From Verrucomicrobiales bacterium (GTDB lineage Bacteria > Verrucomicrobiota > Verrucomicrobiia > Verrucomicrobiales > V1-33): a stretch of DNA of 64,000 nt. A program made the translations under genes and the position numbers. The notes under the pieces are model-generated. The model saw only the letters and a program-made list of their open reading frames with translations. It ran no database searches and was not told the origin of the DNA. The stretch is from the NCBI GenBank assembly GCA_031411295.1, contig JANOAV010000150.1, positions 25,216 to 89,215 of the forward strand. The letters run 5' to 3'. Every line of letters begins with the position of its first letter. Positions within the stretch are counted from its first letter, which is position 1. Of the stretch, positions 17,509 to 29,200 are shown in pieces.

Positions 17509-20224
17509 TCACCCCTCCCGCCACTCAGCCAGCGCAGCGCGGACCATGGCGGCATTGGGGTCTTCGATGGCTTCGAATATCTGTAGGGCTGCCTCCGCCC
17601 GACGGAGGGCCTCCGCCCGCTCCCCCAATTTCAAGAACTGCACCGCAGAGTTCCAACAAGCATTCCCTTCCCCCCGCTGATCCCCGATCTCCCGCGCGAT
17701 CACGAACTGCTGCTCATAAAACGAGATGGCCTGCCGCACGTCCCCCAAATCCGCATGGGCGTTGCCGAGGTTCCCCAAGATGCTGCCTTCTGCCCGCCGA
17801 TCTCCGATTTCCCGCATGACAACGAGGGCCTGCTCATAAAATGAGATGGCCTGCCGCGCGTCCCCTAAGGCCGCATGGGCGTTGCCGAGGCTCCCCAAGG
17901 CCTTGCTTTCCCCACGCCGATCCCCGATCTCCCGCATGACAACGAGGCTCTGCTCATAAAGCGAGATGGCCTGCCGTGCGTCCCCCAAATCCGCATGGGC
18001 GTTGCCGAGGCTCCCCAAATCCTGACCTTCCGCCCGCCGATCCCCGATCTCCCGCGATATAACGAGCGCCAGCTCATGTATCGAGATGGCCTGCCGCGCG
18101 TCCCCCAAGTCCCCATGGGCGTTGCCGAGGTTCCCCAAAGCTTGACCTTCCCCCCGTTGATCCCCGATCTCCCTAGAGATGACGAGGGCCTGCTCATGAA
18201 ACGAGATGGCCTGCCGCGCGTCCCCCAGGTCCGCATGCGCGCTGCCGAGGTTCCCCAAGTCCAGGCCTTCCGCCCGCCGATCCCCGATCTCCCTAGAGAT
18301 GACGAGGGCCTGCTCATGAAACGAGATGGCCTGCCGCACGCCCCCCAAGTCCGCATGGGCGTTGCCGAGGTTCCCCAAGGCTCTGCCTTCTGCGGCCCGG
18401 TCTCCCGTGAGTTGGGCGGCGGTGCGCTGGGCCTCAAGCCAAGTAATGCTCTGCCGGGGGTGGAAACGGAGATTGCTGGTGTAGGCAATGGCATCCACGA
18501 GGGCGATGAGGAGGGTGGAGTGGGGACACTCTTGGCCGCGCTCGGCGGGAGGGGCGTCGTTGGGTCGGGACAGGAGTGTCCCGACTGCGGCTTGGAGATA
18601 GGCAAAAGCAGCCTCAATCTGGAGGCGCTCGCGGTCGAAGAGAGCTAGGCCGCTGACAGGATCGCCTGCCTTGTAAAGGGTGTCCGTTTCCTCACCCACC
18701 CGGATGAAATGCCGCGAATGGGCCAGATGCAGGGCGGTGAGCGCTTCCGCCGGGTGCTGCGCGGGCATAGTCGGCGGCTAGATCATGGAGGGCATAGCGG
18801 TCTGGTCCATCCCGCTCCAGCAGGCTGCGGCGGACGAAGGTAATCAGCAGTTTCTCCTCCGCTCCGGCAATGGCGGCCGCTGCGGTGGCCTCGAAGCTGG
18901 CGGAGAACACGGCTAGGTTCCGCCAGGCTTGGCGGTCGGCAGCAGGGAGCTGGTCTTCGCTGAGGCGCAGGGTCTCGGAAATGGTGATTTCCCCCGCGTC
19001 ATCCGCATCTGCATCCAGCGTGGCCAGCCGACCGCTGCGGAGGTCCTTCAAATAGGCGGCTGCGTTGGCGGTGCCCCCGCGTTCACTGGCATCCAGCGCC
19101 AGATGGCTGCCGGCCAGACGCAAGGCCAGCGGCAGCCCAGCGCAGAGCTTCACTAGCTCTGCGGCATCCGCGTCCGTGAGGGCGGGGTAGAGTTTCCGCA
19201 AGAGTTCCGTGGCCTGCTCTGGGCGCAGTTTCCCCACAGGGAACGGTGCCTTGCCCCCCAACATAAAATTTCCCCGCGTGGTGACAATGAGCGCGCTGCC
19301 CGACGGCGGGATCAAGGGGGCGCATTGTTTCGCATCCGCCGCATTGTCCAAGAGGATCAAGACCTGCTTCCCATGCAACACGTCCCGATACATCTTCTGC
19401 AAGGTGTCCAGATCCTCCGGCAGCTTGGCCTCGGGGTGAAAGGTATTGATGACCCGCGCCAGCAAGTCCTCCGCCGTGGGCGGCATAGGCTGCGTGCCCT
19501 GCCCGGCTAGGACAATCTGCGCATCCGGGAAACGTGGCATCCACCGATGCGCCAAGACCGTAGCCAAAGCCGTCTTCCCAATCCCCCCCATGCCCCGCAA
19601 GCCCGTGAGCACCGTGCCAGAAGCAGGATCGGCATCATTTAAAACAGCCAAGGCTTCCTCCCGGCCTGTGAAGTTGGCCGGGATGGGCGGGAGCTGGTGG
19701 AGGAGACGCTGATCCAAGAGCCGCTGGCCCATTTCTTTTTCCAGCACGTCAGCAGCCTGCTTAAGGAGGTCGATGTTCTCCAAATCTGTGATCAGCGTGA
19801 CCAGCCGGGGAATGTCCCAGATCTCAAACTGAGGGTCCTTGGGAGCTGGTCGGAATTTCTTGGGAACGGTGGGAGCTTCTGGGAGCAGGAAGAAAATAAT
19901 GATGCGGTCGAACTTTCCAGAAAGGGCGTGTTCTCTAACCTTGGCGGCGGTGTGGCTGATCTTTTCTCCGTCGTCTTGGTTGGTCACTTGAATGGCCAGG
20001 CGTCGCCCAAAGTCTGCAAGATCCACTGCTGGATAATTGGCCGCCTGAGGTTCCAGCCACTCAAGTTTCCAATCGAAGACGACATTAAAAAAGGGGACTA
20101 AACAACGCTCGATGATGTGATTGGCATCCGTGCGTCCAGCACGAGAGCGGGACTTGAGTTTGGCCCCCAGTTCACTGAGGAGATCGGAAATGTGGTTGGT
20201 GTGCTGAAGGCGTGGGGGTTCCAT
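17509..20224 (-). pseudogene. SMEK-NB-ARC-TPR (NLR-like/STAND) protein split by a frameshift near 18760
   Basis: SMEK-like N-terminus (NYPAVDLADFGRRLAIQVT), Walker A GMGGIGKT, Walker B LILLDNA, GLPLAL, LHDL; about 7 TPRs of 40 aa (120-nt period) continue in another frame. Confidence 0.85.
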
Positions 20225-20295
20225 CGTGGGCGGAGGCTAGCACAGATGCGGACGAGAGCAACAGACCTCTAGATCTCAACGCTTGTGAAATGTTT

Positions 20296-20400
20296 CTGAT
20301 AGGAATTTGCTTTTTCAGGGTGGGGTTGGGCAGAAGGTCGGGAGCCAGTCAAGATTTATTTTCTCTGTCTTTTGTCAATGCCTGTCTTTTTGTCAATGCA
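20296..20400 (-). mobile_element. IS91-type oriIS end #1 plus junction motif
   Basis: CTGATAGGAATTTGCTTTTTCAGGG, then GTCAAGATTTATTTTCTCTGTCTTTTGTCAATGC. Confidence 0.75.
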
Positions 20401-20426
20401 GGGATGTCCTGCCGCGGGAAGGGGCG

Positions 20427-21566
20427 CTACTTCACGACGCCGGCGCGATAGACGCAGGTGTGGCGGTAGGTCTCGCCGGGCTTTAGCGTCGTGGTGGGGA
20501 ATGACGGGTGGTTGGGGCTGTCGGGATAGTGCTGGGTTTCCAGACAGAAGGCGCCGCGGAAGTTGTAGGTGCGTCCGTCGCGGCCTTTCTCGGGCTTGTC
20601 CATGTGATTGGCGGTGTAGATCTGGACGGCGGGCTCGGTGGTGAGGCATTCGAGAGTGCGCCCGGTTTTCGGATCGGTCACTTTGGCGGCGGGGCGAAGG
20701 GTGCCGGGCTTTCCTTCGACGATGAAGTTGTGGTCGTAGCCGGCGCCAAATTTGAGCGGAGCGAAGTCTTTCTGATCAATGCGGTCGCCGATGCGGGTGG
20801 GCTTGCGGAAATCGAGCGGAGTGCCGGCCACATCTTTGATTTCGCCCGTGGGAATGAGGTCGGCGTCGGTGTCGGTGTATTGCGTGCTGTGGATCTGGGC
20901 GATGTGATCGAGGATGGTGCCGCTGCCGTGGCCGGCGAGGTTGAAGTAGCTGTGGTTTGTCAGGTTGATGACGGTGGTCTTGTCGGTGGTGGCCCGGTAG
21001 TCGATGCGGAGTTCGTTCTTGTCGTCGAAGGAATAACGCACCTCGCACTTGAGCGTGCCGGGGTAGCCTTCTTCACCATCGGGACTGGTGTAGGTGAGGA
21101 CCACGACCTGACCGCCGTCCCGAAAGGTGTAGTTCCCTTCCTCCCACAGCTTCTTGTCGAAGCCCTGCTTGCCCCCGTGGAGGCTGTTGGGGCCGTTGTT
21201 GACGGCGAGGGTGTATTCCTTGCCCTCCAAGGTGAACTTTCCTTTGGCGATGCGGTTGGCGTAGCGCCCGGTGAGTGCGCCGAAGAAGGGATGCCCGGCC
21301 TCATATTCCGCCAGCGATTCCTTGCCGAGGACGATGCTGTCCATCTTGCCGTCTTTGTCCGGGACGTTGAAGCTGACGACGATGCCGCCGTAATTGGTGA
21401 TCTGAACACTGGCGCCGCTGGCGTTCTCCAGGGTGATGAGCTTGGCCTCACGACCGTCTTTTAGTTTTCCGAACGTAGTGACGACGGGGTCTTTGCTCAT
21501 GGCGGAGAGAGTGGTGAGCGTTAGCGCGGCGCTGCCTGCGAGGGCGGAGAGGATCGTGGTTTTCAT
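20427..21566 (-). CDS. galM: Aldose 1-epimerase (galactose mutarotase) with signal peptide
   Basis: GRYANRI, NSLHGG, EEGYPG, NLTNHSYFNL, GYDHNF, CLETQHYPDSPN; start taken at MKTTILSAL. Confidence 0.93.
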   Translation of the reverse strand: MKTTILSALAGSAALTLTTLSAMSKDPVVTTFGKLKDGREAKLITLENASGASVQITNYGGIVVSFNVPDKDGKMDSIVLGKESLAEYEAGHPFFGALTGRYANRIAKGKFTLEGKEYTLAVNNGPNSLHGGKQGFDKKLWEEGNYTFRDGGQVVVLTYTSPDGEEGYPGTLKCEVRYSFDDKNELRIDYRATTDKTTVINLTNHSYFNLAGHGSGTILDHIAQIHSTQYTDTDADLIPTGEIKDVAGTPLDFRKPTRIGDRIDQKDFAPLKFGAGYDHNFIVEGKPGTLRPAAKVTDPKTGRTLECLTTEPAVQIYTANHMDKPEKGRDGRTYNFRGAFCLETQHYPDSPNHPSFPTTTLKPGETYRHTCVYRAGVVK

Positions 21567-21632
21567 GGTGTGAATAGGGTCAGCCCGGACAATCAATGAG
21601 ACTTTGTGCCTTGATTGGCAAGTCTGGTTTTT

Positions 21633-22240
21633 CTGATAGGAATTTACTTTTTCAGGGGGGCGTTGGATTGGGGATCGGAATCGGGGAGTGAGGGGGGCTG
21701 GGGGGAGAGAGGGGTGTGGGAAGGAGGTGTGATGAAGGAAAAAGGATGAATCAGAGGTGTGCCCGGCCATCGTGCGGTCAATAATGATGTTCTGCATGGG
21801 ATGACGGGGCGGTTCATGGGGGATTTTTTATTGTCGTGAGTATAGCTCTCCTGCTCCGCGTTACCAAGGTTTTCTTGGCTGCGGATTTTTGAGGATTTTC
21901 CTTCGGTCACTTCCTAGCGTTTAGGCGGATTCTAGGACGAGGATGCGGCCGTCTCCGAGGTCGATTTCTGGAGCTTTCCAGGCTTGGTCGGCGCTTGCGT
22001 CGGCGCTTTGGTCCCAGAGTTCTAGGTTTTCAGAGGGAGGCGCTTCGTCTTCGTCGGCGGGGATCCAACCTCGGATAGCTCGCCACGGTGGATGGATGGG
22101 TTCGAGCAAGTTTTATTTTCTCTGTCTTTATGGACTGACATCTAAGCAGAATGCGGCTATGCCGGTTTGCAGTGCCGCTCATCGCGGCATGGCGTTGCTG
22201 GCTTTTGGGTGGGATGTGTTCGATGGCGGCTAGGAAGTCA
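21633..22240 (-). mobile_element. IS91-family remnant #2 (oriIS + transposase fragments)
   Basis: oriIS at 21633; about 470 bp homologous to 30233-30700; fragments DFLAAIEHIPPKSQQ and PIHPPWRAIRGWIP...WKAPEIDLGDG. Confidence 0.8.
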
Positions 22241-22296
22241 AGATTTATTTTCTCTGTCTTTTTGTTAATACATCTCTGTCTTTTTGTTAATGCATC

Positions 22297-22400
22297 CGAT
22301 CCTTCTCCAGATTCCCAAACAAAAACTGCCCCCGGCTCGTGCGCGTAATTGCATGATAAACCGTGGGTTCCGAGGTGACTGTGAGACGTGCTTGGGACAT
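22297..22400 (-). pseudogene. N-terminal fragment of a RAYT/Y1 HUH transposase
   Basis: MSQARLTVTSEPTVYHAITRTSRGQFLFGNLEKDR matches the RAYT-type start (YH..(S/T)R....LF...EK); bounded by two junction motifs. Confidence 0.55.
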
Positions 22401-22494
22401 GGCGGGAGTATGGGGCCAGGAGTTTAGTTAGTCTAGACTTATTCTCCCCGTCTTTCTGTCAATGCACTATTGTGGTAGTGATGATCTCAACGGA

Positions 22495-25362
22495 TTAAGG
22501 TGCGATTACGCGATAAAATCTCCGTTGAGCATTAATTGCCGTCGGATCATTTTTCATAACCTCGCGGCCGGTGCCCAAAACATCTCCCAAAACATTCAGC
22601 CAAGTAGCGTCGTTCAGATCCGATTTGTATTGCAGTCTATAGTTTACATTCAAAAGTGAATACCATGTCAAAGCGAAGCCGCCACCGTCCAGCCTCAGGC
22701 CTTTAATTATTGGGCGCACATTCGCATCCCCCCACAAACGAGCAAATCCATCGACAGGGAGTTCATGAACTTTGCTGATAGAGCCGCCGATCAGCACATG
22801 TCCATCTTTTTGGACAGAAACCGTCTCTACCCAATCGACGTCGAGAAATTGGAAGTTCATCGCTTGTTGAAAGCTAGTGTCGAGAGAACCGTTCGCATTC
22901 AGCCTGGCAACAGGCCCTCGCGCCACACCATTAACCTTATCAAATTCACCCCCAATGAGCACTTTGCCGTCGGCTTGCAGCGCTACAGAGTGAACCTGAG
23001 CGTCTGCGCCACTGAGACCATTTTGAAAGTTTGTGTCCAAACTGCCATCATCATTGAGTCGCGCAATACCCGATCTGGGCTGGGAATTAACATTCGCAAA
23101 ATTGCCACCGATAACGACCTTGCCGTCGTTTTGCAAAATTAGGGACCGAATCCAACTTGAAGCACCCGAGAGGCCATTCAGGAAGGAAGTATCAAGCGAT
23201 CCGTCCGTATTGAGCCGTGCAATGTTTTTGCGCGCGATGCCGTCTATCGTAGTGAATTGCCCGCCTATTACCACTTTACCGTCACTTTGTATTGCGAGCG
23301 ACCAAACAATGGCTCCACTTGAATCGACGAGGTTCGGCTTGAAATTGGCATCCAGAGAACCGTCAGTATTCAACCTAGCGACAGCAGTGCGAGTCGCACC
23401 GTTGAATGTGGTAAAAAATCCGCCGATGACAAGTTTCCCGTCGCTCTGCACTTTTACAGAAGCAACGCGACTGTTCGCTCCAGCAAGACCGTTGAGGAAA
23501 CCAGTATCGAGTGATCCATCAGTGTTCAGCCGTGCGATCTTATTTCGACTAACGTCATTCACCATGTTAAAGTCTCCGCCGATCACGATTCGACCGTCTG
23601 GCTGTTCCGCGAAGGTCCAAACGTTGCCACTGGCTCCCGACATTCCCTTTAAAAAACTTGTGTCCAACGAACCGTTGGAATTCAATCGAGCAAACGAGTT
23701 GCGCGTGACACCATGAATAGTTTGAAAAGAGATTCCCGCGATAAGAATCCTACCGTCAGCTTGCTCTTTCATGCTGCCTACAAGCCCAGCGGTCCCACCG
23801 TAAGAATTGATGCCGACCGTCCCATTTTGAAAACTTTGATCGAAGGTGCCATCCGAATTCAATCTTGCGATCGAATTGATACTCGTGTTGAACGCTTTAA
23901 CGAAACCGCCGCCTGTGAGCACTTTCCCATCGGATTGAACGGCGGTAGAGTTGATTCTTAGATTGGCGCCGAAAGACCAATTGAGAAAGCTGTTGTCCAA
24001 TGTGCCATCTGAATTCAGACGGGCCACCCCAGGACGATTCACACCAAATACTGAAGTGAACGCGCCACCGATGATCATTTTGCCATCATCCAGAGGAACA
24101 AAAGACTTCACAGGCGGCGAATAACCGTCAGAACGCCCGGTTACTCCGCTTTGAAAACTTGCATCGAGTGAACCGTCAGAATTCAAGCGTGCAATATTCG
24201 ACTGCGCAACGCCATTGACGAAGTTGAAATATCCTCCGACAAGAGTTCTGCCATCGCTTTGTTGTGCCAAAACCGGTGCCGGAAATCCGCTTGGGGAAAT
24301 AATGCCGCTCATGCCATTCTGAAAAGAAGTGTCGAGCGAACCGTCAGAGTTTAGACGCGCGATTCCACGCCTTGTGATGCCATTGAAAGTAGTAAAGGTG
24401 CCAGCGATTACAATCTTGTCGTCGCTTTGAGTCACAACAGATGTTACGTTTTGATTTGGACCGGAACCAATCAAAAAGCTGGTATCCTTCGTGCCATCGG
24501 CATTTAGCCGAGCAAGGTTCGGACCATCACCTCCCACAATGATCTTTCCGCTACTTTGTATCGCGACAGAACGAAGGGCATAACCGGTGCTGGGGAGCCC
24601 ATTTTGAAAGGCGGTGTCAATAGACCCATTGGCGTTGAGCCGGGCCACGTAGTTGTGCGACAGCCCATTGATAGATTTGAAATTACCGACGATGACAATT
24701 TTCCCATTTTCTTGCAGCGCCATAGCCAAAATTTCCGCCCCTGATCCCGAAAGGCCATCCATAAAGCTGGAATCGTTAGTGCCATCTGGATTTAATCGTG
24801 CAATTGCTCCACGCATGGCACCACTTACGTTCCAAAAGGCTCCGCAGATCAAGATGCGTCCGTCAGGCTGCACGAGAACCGCATCAACCCAACTGCTGAT
24901 GGCCCCCCCCCATGCGAATGAATAGTCCAGCGCCCCAGCAGAGGGTGAGATTACGCTTAATGCTGCGTTTGAGCTGGTCGCGCTTCCTTCCGCATTTGTG
25001 ACCACCACAGTATAGCTGCCCACATCGGATAGCTGTGCATGAGAAAAGGAGAGTTGGTAACTCGTCGAGCCTTTGATCGGCACTCCATCTTTTTTCCATT
25101 GATAGCCTAGCGGACTCGTTCCTTCAGCAATCACGCTGAATACTGCGGGTTGGTCTGGTATTACGGCGCGGTCTACGGGAGGATAAGCGATGGTCGGCGG
25201 CGTTGCTTTTGCGAAGGGAGCGATTAGGGCTGAGAGGAACGGAAGCAGGCAACAGAGCATCCTCTTTGCTGCATCTGCTCGAATTGTTCGCGCCCGATGC
25301 TGGAAGAGCTGGATGCGTCGCGCAAGGAAATTGCGAACTCGTTGTCCTACTAAGTAATTCAT
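22495..25362 (-). CDS. Ig-domain + delta-60 repeat (DUF5122) beta-propeller secreted protein
   Basis: About 13 repeats of QxDGKI.IGG.F...IARLNxDGSLDxSF; I-set domain YQWKKDG/DVGSYTV; C-terminal RFYRV tail; start uncertain (25362 or 25260). Confidence 0.9.
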   Translation of the reverse strand: MNYLVGQRVRNFLARRIQLFQHRARTIRADAAKRMLCCLLPFLSALIAPFAKATPPTIAYPPVDRAVIPDQPAVFSVIAEGTSPLGYQWKKDGVPIKGSTSYQLSFSHAQLSDVGSYTVVVTNAEGSATSSNAALSVISPSAGALDYSFAWGGAISSWVDAVLVQPDGRILICGAFWNVSGAMRGAIARLNPDGTNDSSFMDGLSGSGAEILAMALQENGKIVIVGNFKSINGLSHNYVARLNANGSIDTAFQNGLPSTGYALRSVAIQSSGKIIVGGDGPNLARLNADGTKDTSFLIGSGPNQNVTSVVTQSDDKIVIAGTFTTFNGITRRGIARLNSDGSLDTSFQNGMSGIISPSGFPAPVLAQQSDGRTLVGGYFNFVNGVAQSNIARLNSDGSLDASFQSGVTGRSDGYSPPVKSFVPLDDGKMIIGGAFTSVFGVNRPGVARLNSDGTLDNSFLNWSFGANLRINSTAVQSDGKVLTGGGFVKAFNTSINSIARLNSDGTFDQSFQNGTVGINSYGGTAGLVGSMKEQADGRILIAGISFQTIHGVTRNSFARLNSNGSLDTSFLKGMSGASGNVWTFAEQPDGRIVIGGDFNMVNDVSRNKIARLNTDGSLDTGFLNGLAGANSRVASVKVQSDGKLVIGGFFTTFNGATRTAVARLNTDGSLDANFKPNLVDSSGAIVWSLAIQSDGKVVIGGQFTTIDGIARKNIARLNTDGSLDTSFLNGLSGASSWIRSLILQNDGKVVIGGNFANVNSQPRSGIARLNDDGSLDTNFQNGLSGADAQVHSVALQADGKVLIGGEFDKVNGVARGPVARLNANGSLDTSFQQAMNFQFLDVDWVETVSVQKDGHVLIGGSISKVHELPVDGFARLWGDANVRPIIKGLRLDGGGFALTWYSLLNVNYRLQYKSDLNDATWLNVLGDVLGTGREVMKNDPTAINAQRRFYRVIAP

Positions 25363-25366
25363 CTGT

Positions 25367-26118
25367 CTGATAGGAATTTGCATTTTCAGGGAGGGCGCTG
25401 GATTGGGGGGGGCGGAATCGAGGAGAGAGGGACTGTCTGTCAATTTTGGCGCTCTGCATGGGATGACGTGCCGATTCCTGGTGAATTTTTAAGATAAGTA
25501 AACATAGCTCTCCCGCTCCGCGTTGCCAAGACTTTTCTTGGCTGCGGATTTGTTCGATGAACCCTACCTACTCGGTGTATTCCAGGACGAGAGTGGGGCC
25601 GTCTCCGAGGTCAATTTCTGGGGCTTTCCAAGCTTGGTCGGGGCCTTCGTCGGCGCTCTGGTCCCGTGTCGGAGGCGGGTGGTAGCGGGTGAAGCCTGCG
25701 GCAAGGTCGCCACAACGGAGGTAGTCTTGGACGTGGGTGATGGTCTCTGGGCACAGGGGGCCCATGGTGGGGCGGTGGTCCTTTTCGTAGCAGGAAATGA
25801 ACTGGTCCCAGGTGTGGTGGATGATTTGCCAGAGGGGTGAGGCGCGGGGGCGACGGGGGTGGGGGGCGGGTATGAGAAATGTTCCTAAGAACAGTATTCC
25901 GTGCTAGCAACTGGATAACACTGACCCATGGCGTTGCTGGCCTTTGGGTGGAATGTGTTCGATGGCGGCGGCGAGGAAGTCGGTGGCTTTGAAGACTTCG
26001 AAGTTGCGTTTGGTGTGCCAACTGCGGCGGGAGCGGCGGGAGCGGCGGGGAAATTATGAAGTAAGGGCAAGATTTATTTTCTCTGTCTTTATAGACTTGC
26101 AGTCTTTATAGGCTTGCA
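25367..26118 (-). mobile_element. IS91-family remnant #3 (internally deleted)
   Basis: oriIS at 25367; Tnp N-terminus PRRPRASPLWQ...YLRCGDLAAGFTR joined to the C-tail WKAPEIDLGDG; upstream fragment KRNFEVFKATDFLAAAIEHIPPKGQQ. Confidence 0.8.
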
Positions 26119-26248
26119 ATTGGGACACGATGGATTTTTCCTCCATTTAAGTCAAATCGCATTCGACGTTGGTTTCCGCGCCCCATCCTTGAGAGACCCA
26201 GGGAATCGAGCCCGCTTTAATCCGAAGCTTCGGGTGCTATGGAATGCC

Positions 26249-29200
26249 TCATCGGCTGAGTGCTGGGCAACCGCCGGGGCTGCCCTCGTGATCGTGGAGG
26301 GCGGCGGGTAAATCCGGGGTGGAGAGATCGCCCAGTGAGCGGGCGGCTTTGGTGCCCCAGAAGGAACTCCAGGTGCGCTGGGAGTGCGGCATTTCCAAGC
26401 TAGTGCAAAGCGGCAAGCCGTAGGAAGTGAAGGACGCTTGGTTGCTGAACTGCAAGCCGGGGGCGTCGTCTCGCGAGATATGGCAGCCCCGGCAGCCGAT
26501 CTTGAAAGCACCGTAGAGGCCGGGCTTGGACCAACTGGGTGGGATGAAGGCGGCATCGAAACTTTCCGGACTAGCATTGGGGGCGCCACCATACCAACCG
26601 AGGATGAGCTTCGTGATGTCCGTCTGATGGCCGTCGCTGGTGGTCTGCGTTTTCACCACCCCGGCATTCATGCGGGCTAGTTCATTTTTCTCCACGCCCC
26701 ACTTGGGGTGGAACGTGTAGGACTCCAGATCGAAAGGTAGGAAGCGGGAACCGAGATCGCCTCCGCTGCCAGGGATGGCACGCCGGTCAATGGGGAGAAA
26801 ATCCGGTGGGCCGGTTGTGCCGTGGAATGCTGGGATCGTTGGCTCGTAGCGTGATCCTCCATGGCAGGAAATGCACAGCCCGGGGACGGCTTTGAATCCA
26901 GCGCGGTCGAGGTCGGCTGCTCTCCCGAGTTCCTGGTCGAAGTTGCCAGCATAAACGTAGAACCGAGTGTGCCGATGCAGTCCGCCCGTGAGATCGGCCC
27001 GCAGAGAGTAGTCCATGCACACGGTGGCAACTGCGCTGACACCCCGGCGGGCGTCTTCGAGGTTAGCATAATTCGTTACATAAAAGGCGACATCTGGCTG
27101 CCCATCTGCGGCCATCCGCACTCTCATGCTTTGCGCTCTGGCGAAGCCGAGATCCGCTAGATTGTAGTAATGGGCATTGGCATAATCCTCAGCGGGAACG
27201 CCCGGTAGTGGGGCTCCGAACTCCGCTGGAAAGCCGTTCAGCGTTTTCCACGCAGTGAAGTTCCGTGGGGCTCGAATCGTTTGGTAATAGTCAGTGGAGG
27301 AGAGGTTTTCCGATAGCAGAATCCGTTGCCTTTCCGTGGAAAAATGATCCGGCACTAGCACCGCAGGATTGGAACTACGTGACAGGAAATGGTTTTCGTC
27401 CTCAAGGTCTGTAACCGTCGTGGCGTCTGGCCGCTTCAGGCCGGGGATGGATGAGCTGAGGCTTAGCAGCACTGGATGAAGGCGGGAATCCGTCGTGGCG
27501 GTGACCGTCCGCTGGATGACGACGCGTTTTTTCCATGGAGGCGTCCAGGTGGTGGCGGTGGAGAGGTCTGTGGGCAGCAGGCCTGGTGCCTGCCGTTGGT
27601 CCAGCACGCTCAGATCGAGCGGTGTCGCCAAGGGGAAAAAGAGTGTTCCAAATGTCCAGTTCGTATCGCTTGGCCCCTTGATGGTGATGGGAAAGGTGCT
27701 CTTGCCTACCATGACTTCGAACGGGTAGTTCAGTGAGCGATCTGCTTCGAAACTTAGTTCTCCCGCGGCCCGGTGTTCACCCAGGAAATAAAGGCCACTC
27801 TTCGTCACGGGAAGAATGATGCCGCTGCTTCCGGCAGTGCTAGTGGCTGTGTCGGCGGGATCGAATAGCGCTGAGGTCTCATTTTGCCAATAGGCGTCAT
27901 AGTTCCTGGATAGTGGCAAGATGGCTGCCGTCGGAAATGCGAGATTTACCCCTGTTAGGATCAGTGGGGCTCCCGCATCTGTGCGGATGTCCACCCAGGC
28001 GGCGTGGGTGGGGTCCAGCAATTGATTCGCGTAGAGGCCGGAATTGATGAACATGCCATGAGGCAAGGGCAGGCGGATCAACGGATTGAAAGTAGCAGTG
28101 GAGACTGTGATCGGTCCAGTATAGGGCAAGCCTGCGCTCGTCTGGAGGCCTCCAGCCATAATTCCTACGGACATTCCATTGGAATGAGTTACCGTCGTCG
28201 GGCTGCCATTGTAAGTCAGTGTGCTCGTCACAGTAGGAACGAGTGGGAAGGTCTGCTCATTGGGCAAGCTGGAGTTGAAGGCCCAGAGGAATCGCACGTA
28301 GCCGGGTTTTTCCACCCGCACCAGATAGTCGTAGTGAGGGGCCGGATAGCCATAGGAGTAGAAACTCGGATGCACATTGGATTCAAAGTAGCCGTTTGCA
28401 TTGGTGGAACTCGAAACAGGCACGCCGTCTGGCGGGCGGCAGGTGATCGTGGCCCCGGAGAGCGGGGAGAGTGCATCTGGCGAAGCTGGATCCCAGGCCG
28501 CCACCATTCCAGAATAGGCCCCCACCGCCCCCGCCGGTGGGCTGAAGATTCGGAACGTGCGGAACGTGGTGAAACTCGTGCTCGCAAGGTCGGATAAATT
28601 GAGCCGGATGGTGACGTCCTGATCCTTCGAATCAGCCTGGAAGGAGAACTCTGGAAACTCCTTCTTCTGCTTGTCGCCCTTTCCATCGAGCGATTCCACG
28701 TGCCAACGATGGTCCAGCGGCAGCCCCTTGGGATTGTCCGCCTCCGCATGGAACTCTACCGGCACACCGGGTTTGATTTGCTCCACTTCTTTTCCATTTT
28801 GCCACGCAGAAATACGAGTCGCGCGGGGAGGCGAGTCGGTGAACTTGAGATCACGGATCGGCGGCTTGCCTTGCTCTTCTTCTGAGGGGTTGATGGTTAG
28901 GGATGTTTCCAGATTCTGGTAACTCACCTTGATAGTTACAGGGTAGTCCCCAGACTCCGGCGGAGGAGCCGCATAGCCGCCTTGGGCATCGGCCATCACT
29001 TCGCTAATCAGAGTTGTGCCTTTCCTGAGAATTTGCACCGTAGCCCGATGAGAAATCCCCCAGAGCGGATCATCCATGCCAACACGGGTGCCATCGGCAA
29101 ACCGAATGCGGCCGAAGATACTGTGAGGGTCTGTAGCAATGGAAACCGGCTGGATGGTTGCGCCCTCCTGGCCCACCTGCAGCGTCACAGGCGGCCCGGG

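Noticed and set aside
17640..18400. 120-nt repeats as a DGR or non-coding array
   Set aside because: Explained by coding TPR units; the differences are not adenine-restricted.
21567..21797. Long N-terminal extension of GalM in the ORF track (likewise 25363-25443 for the delta-60 gene)
   Set aside because: It is read-through of the non-coding IS91 oriIS region; real starts lie downstream.
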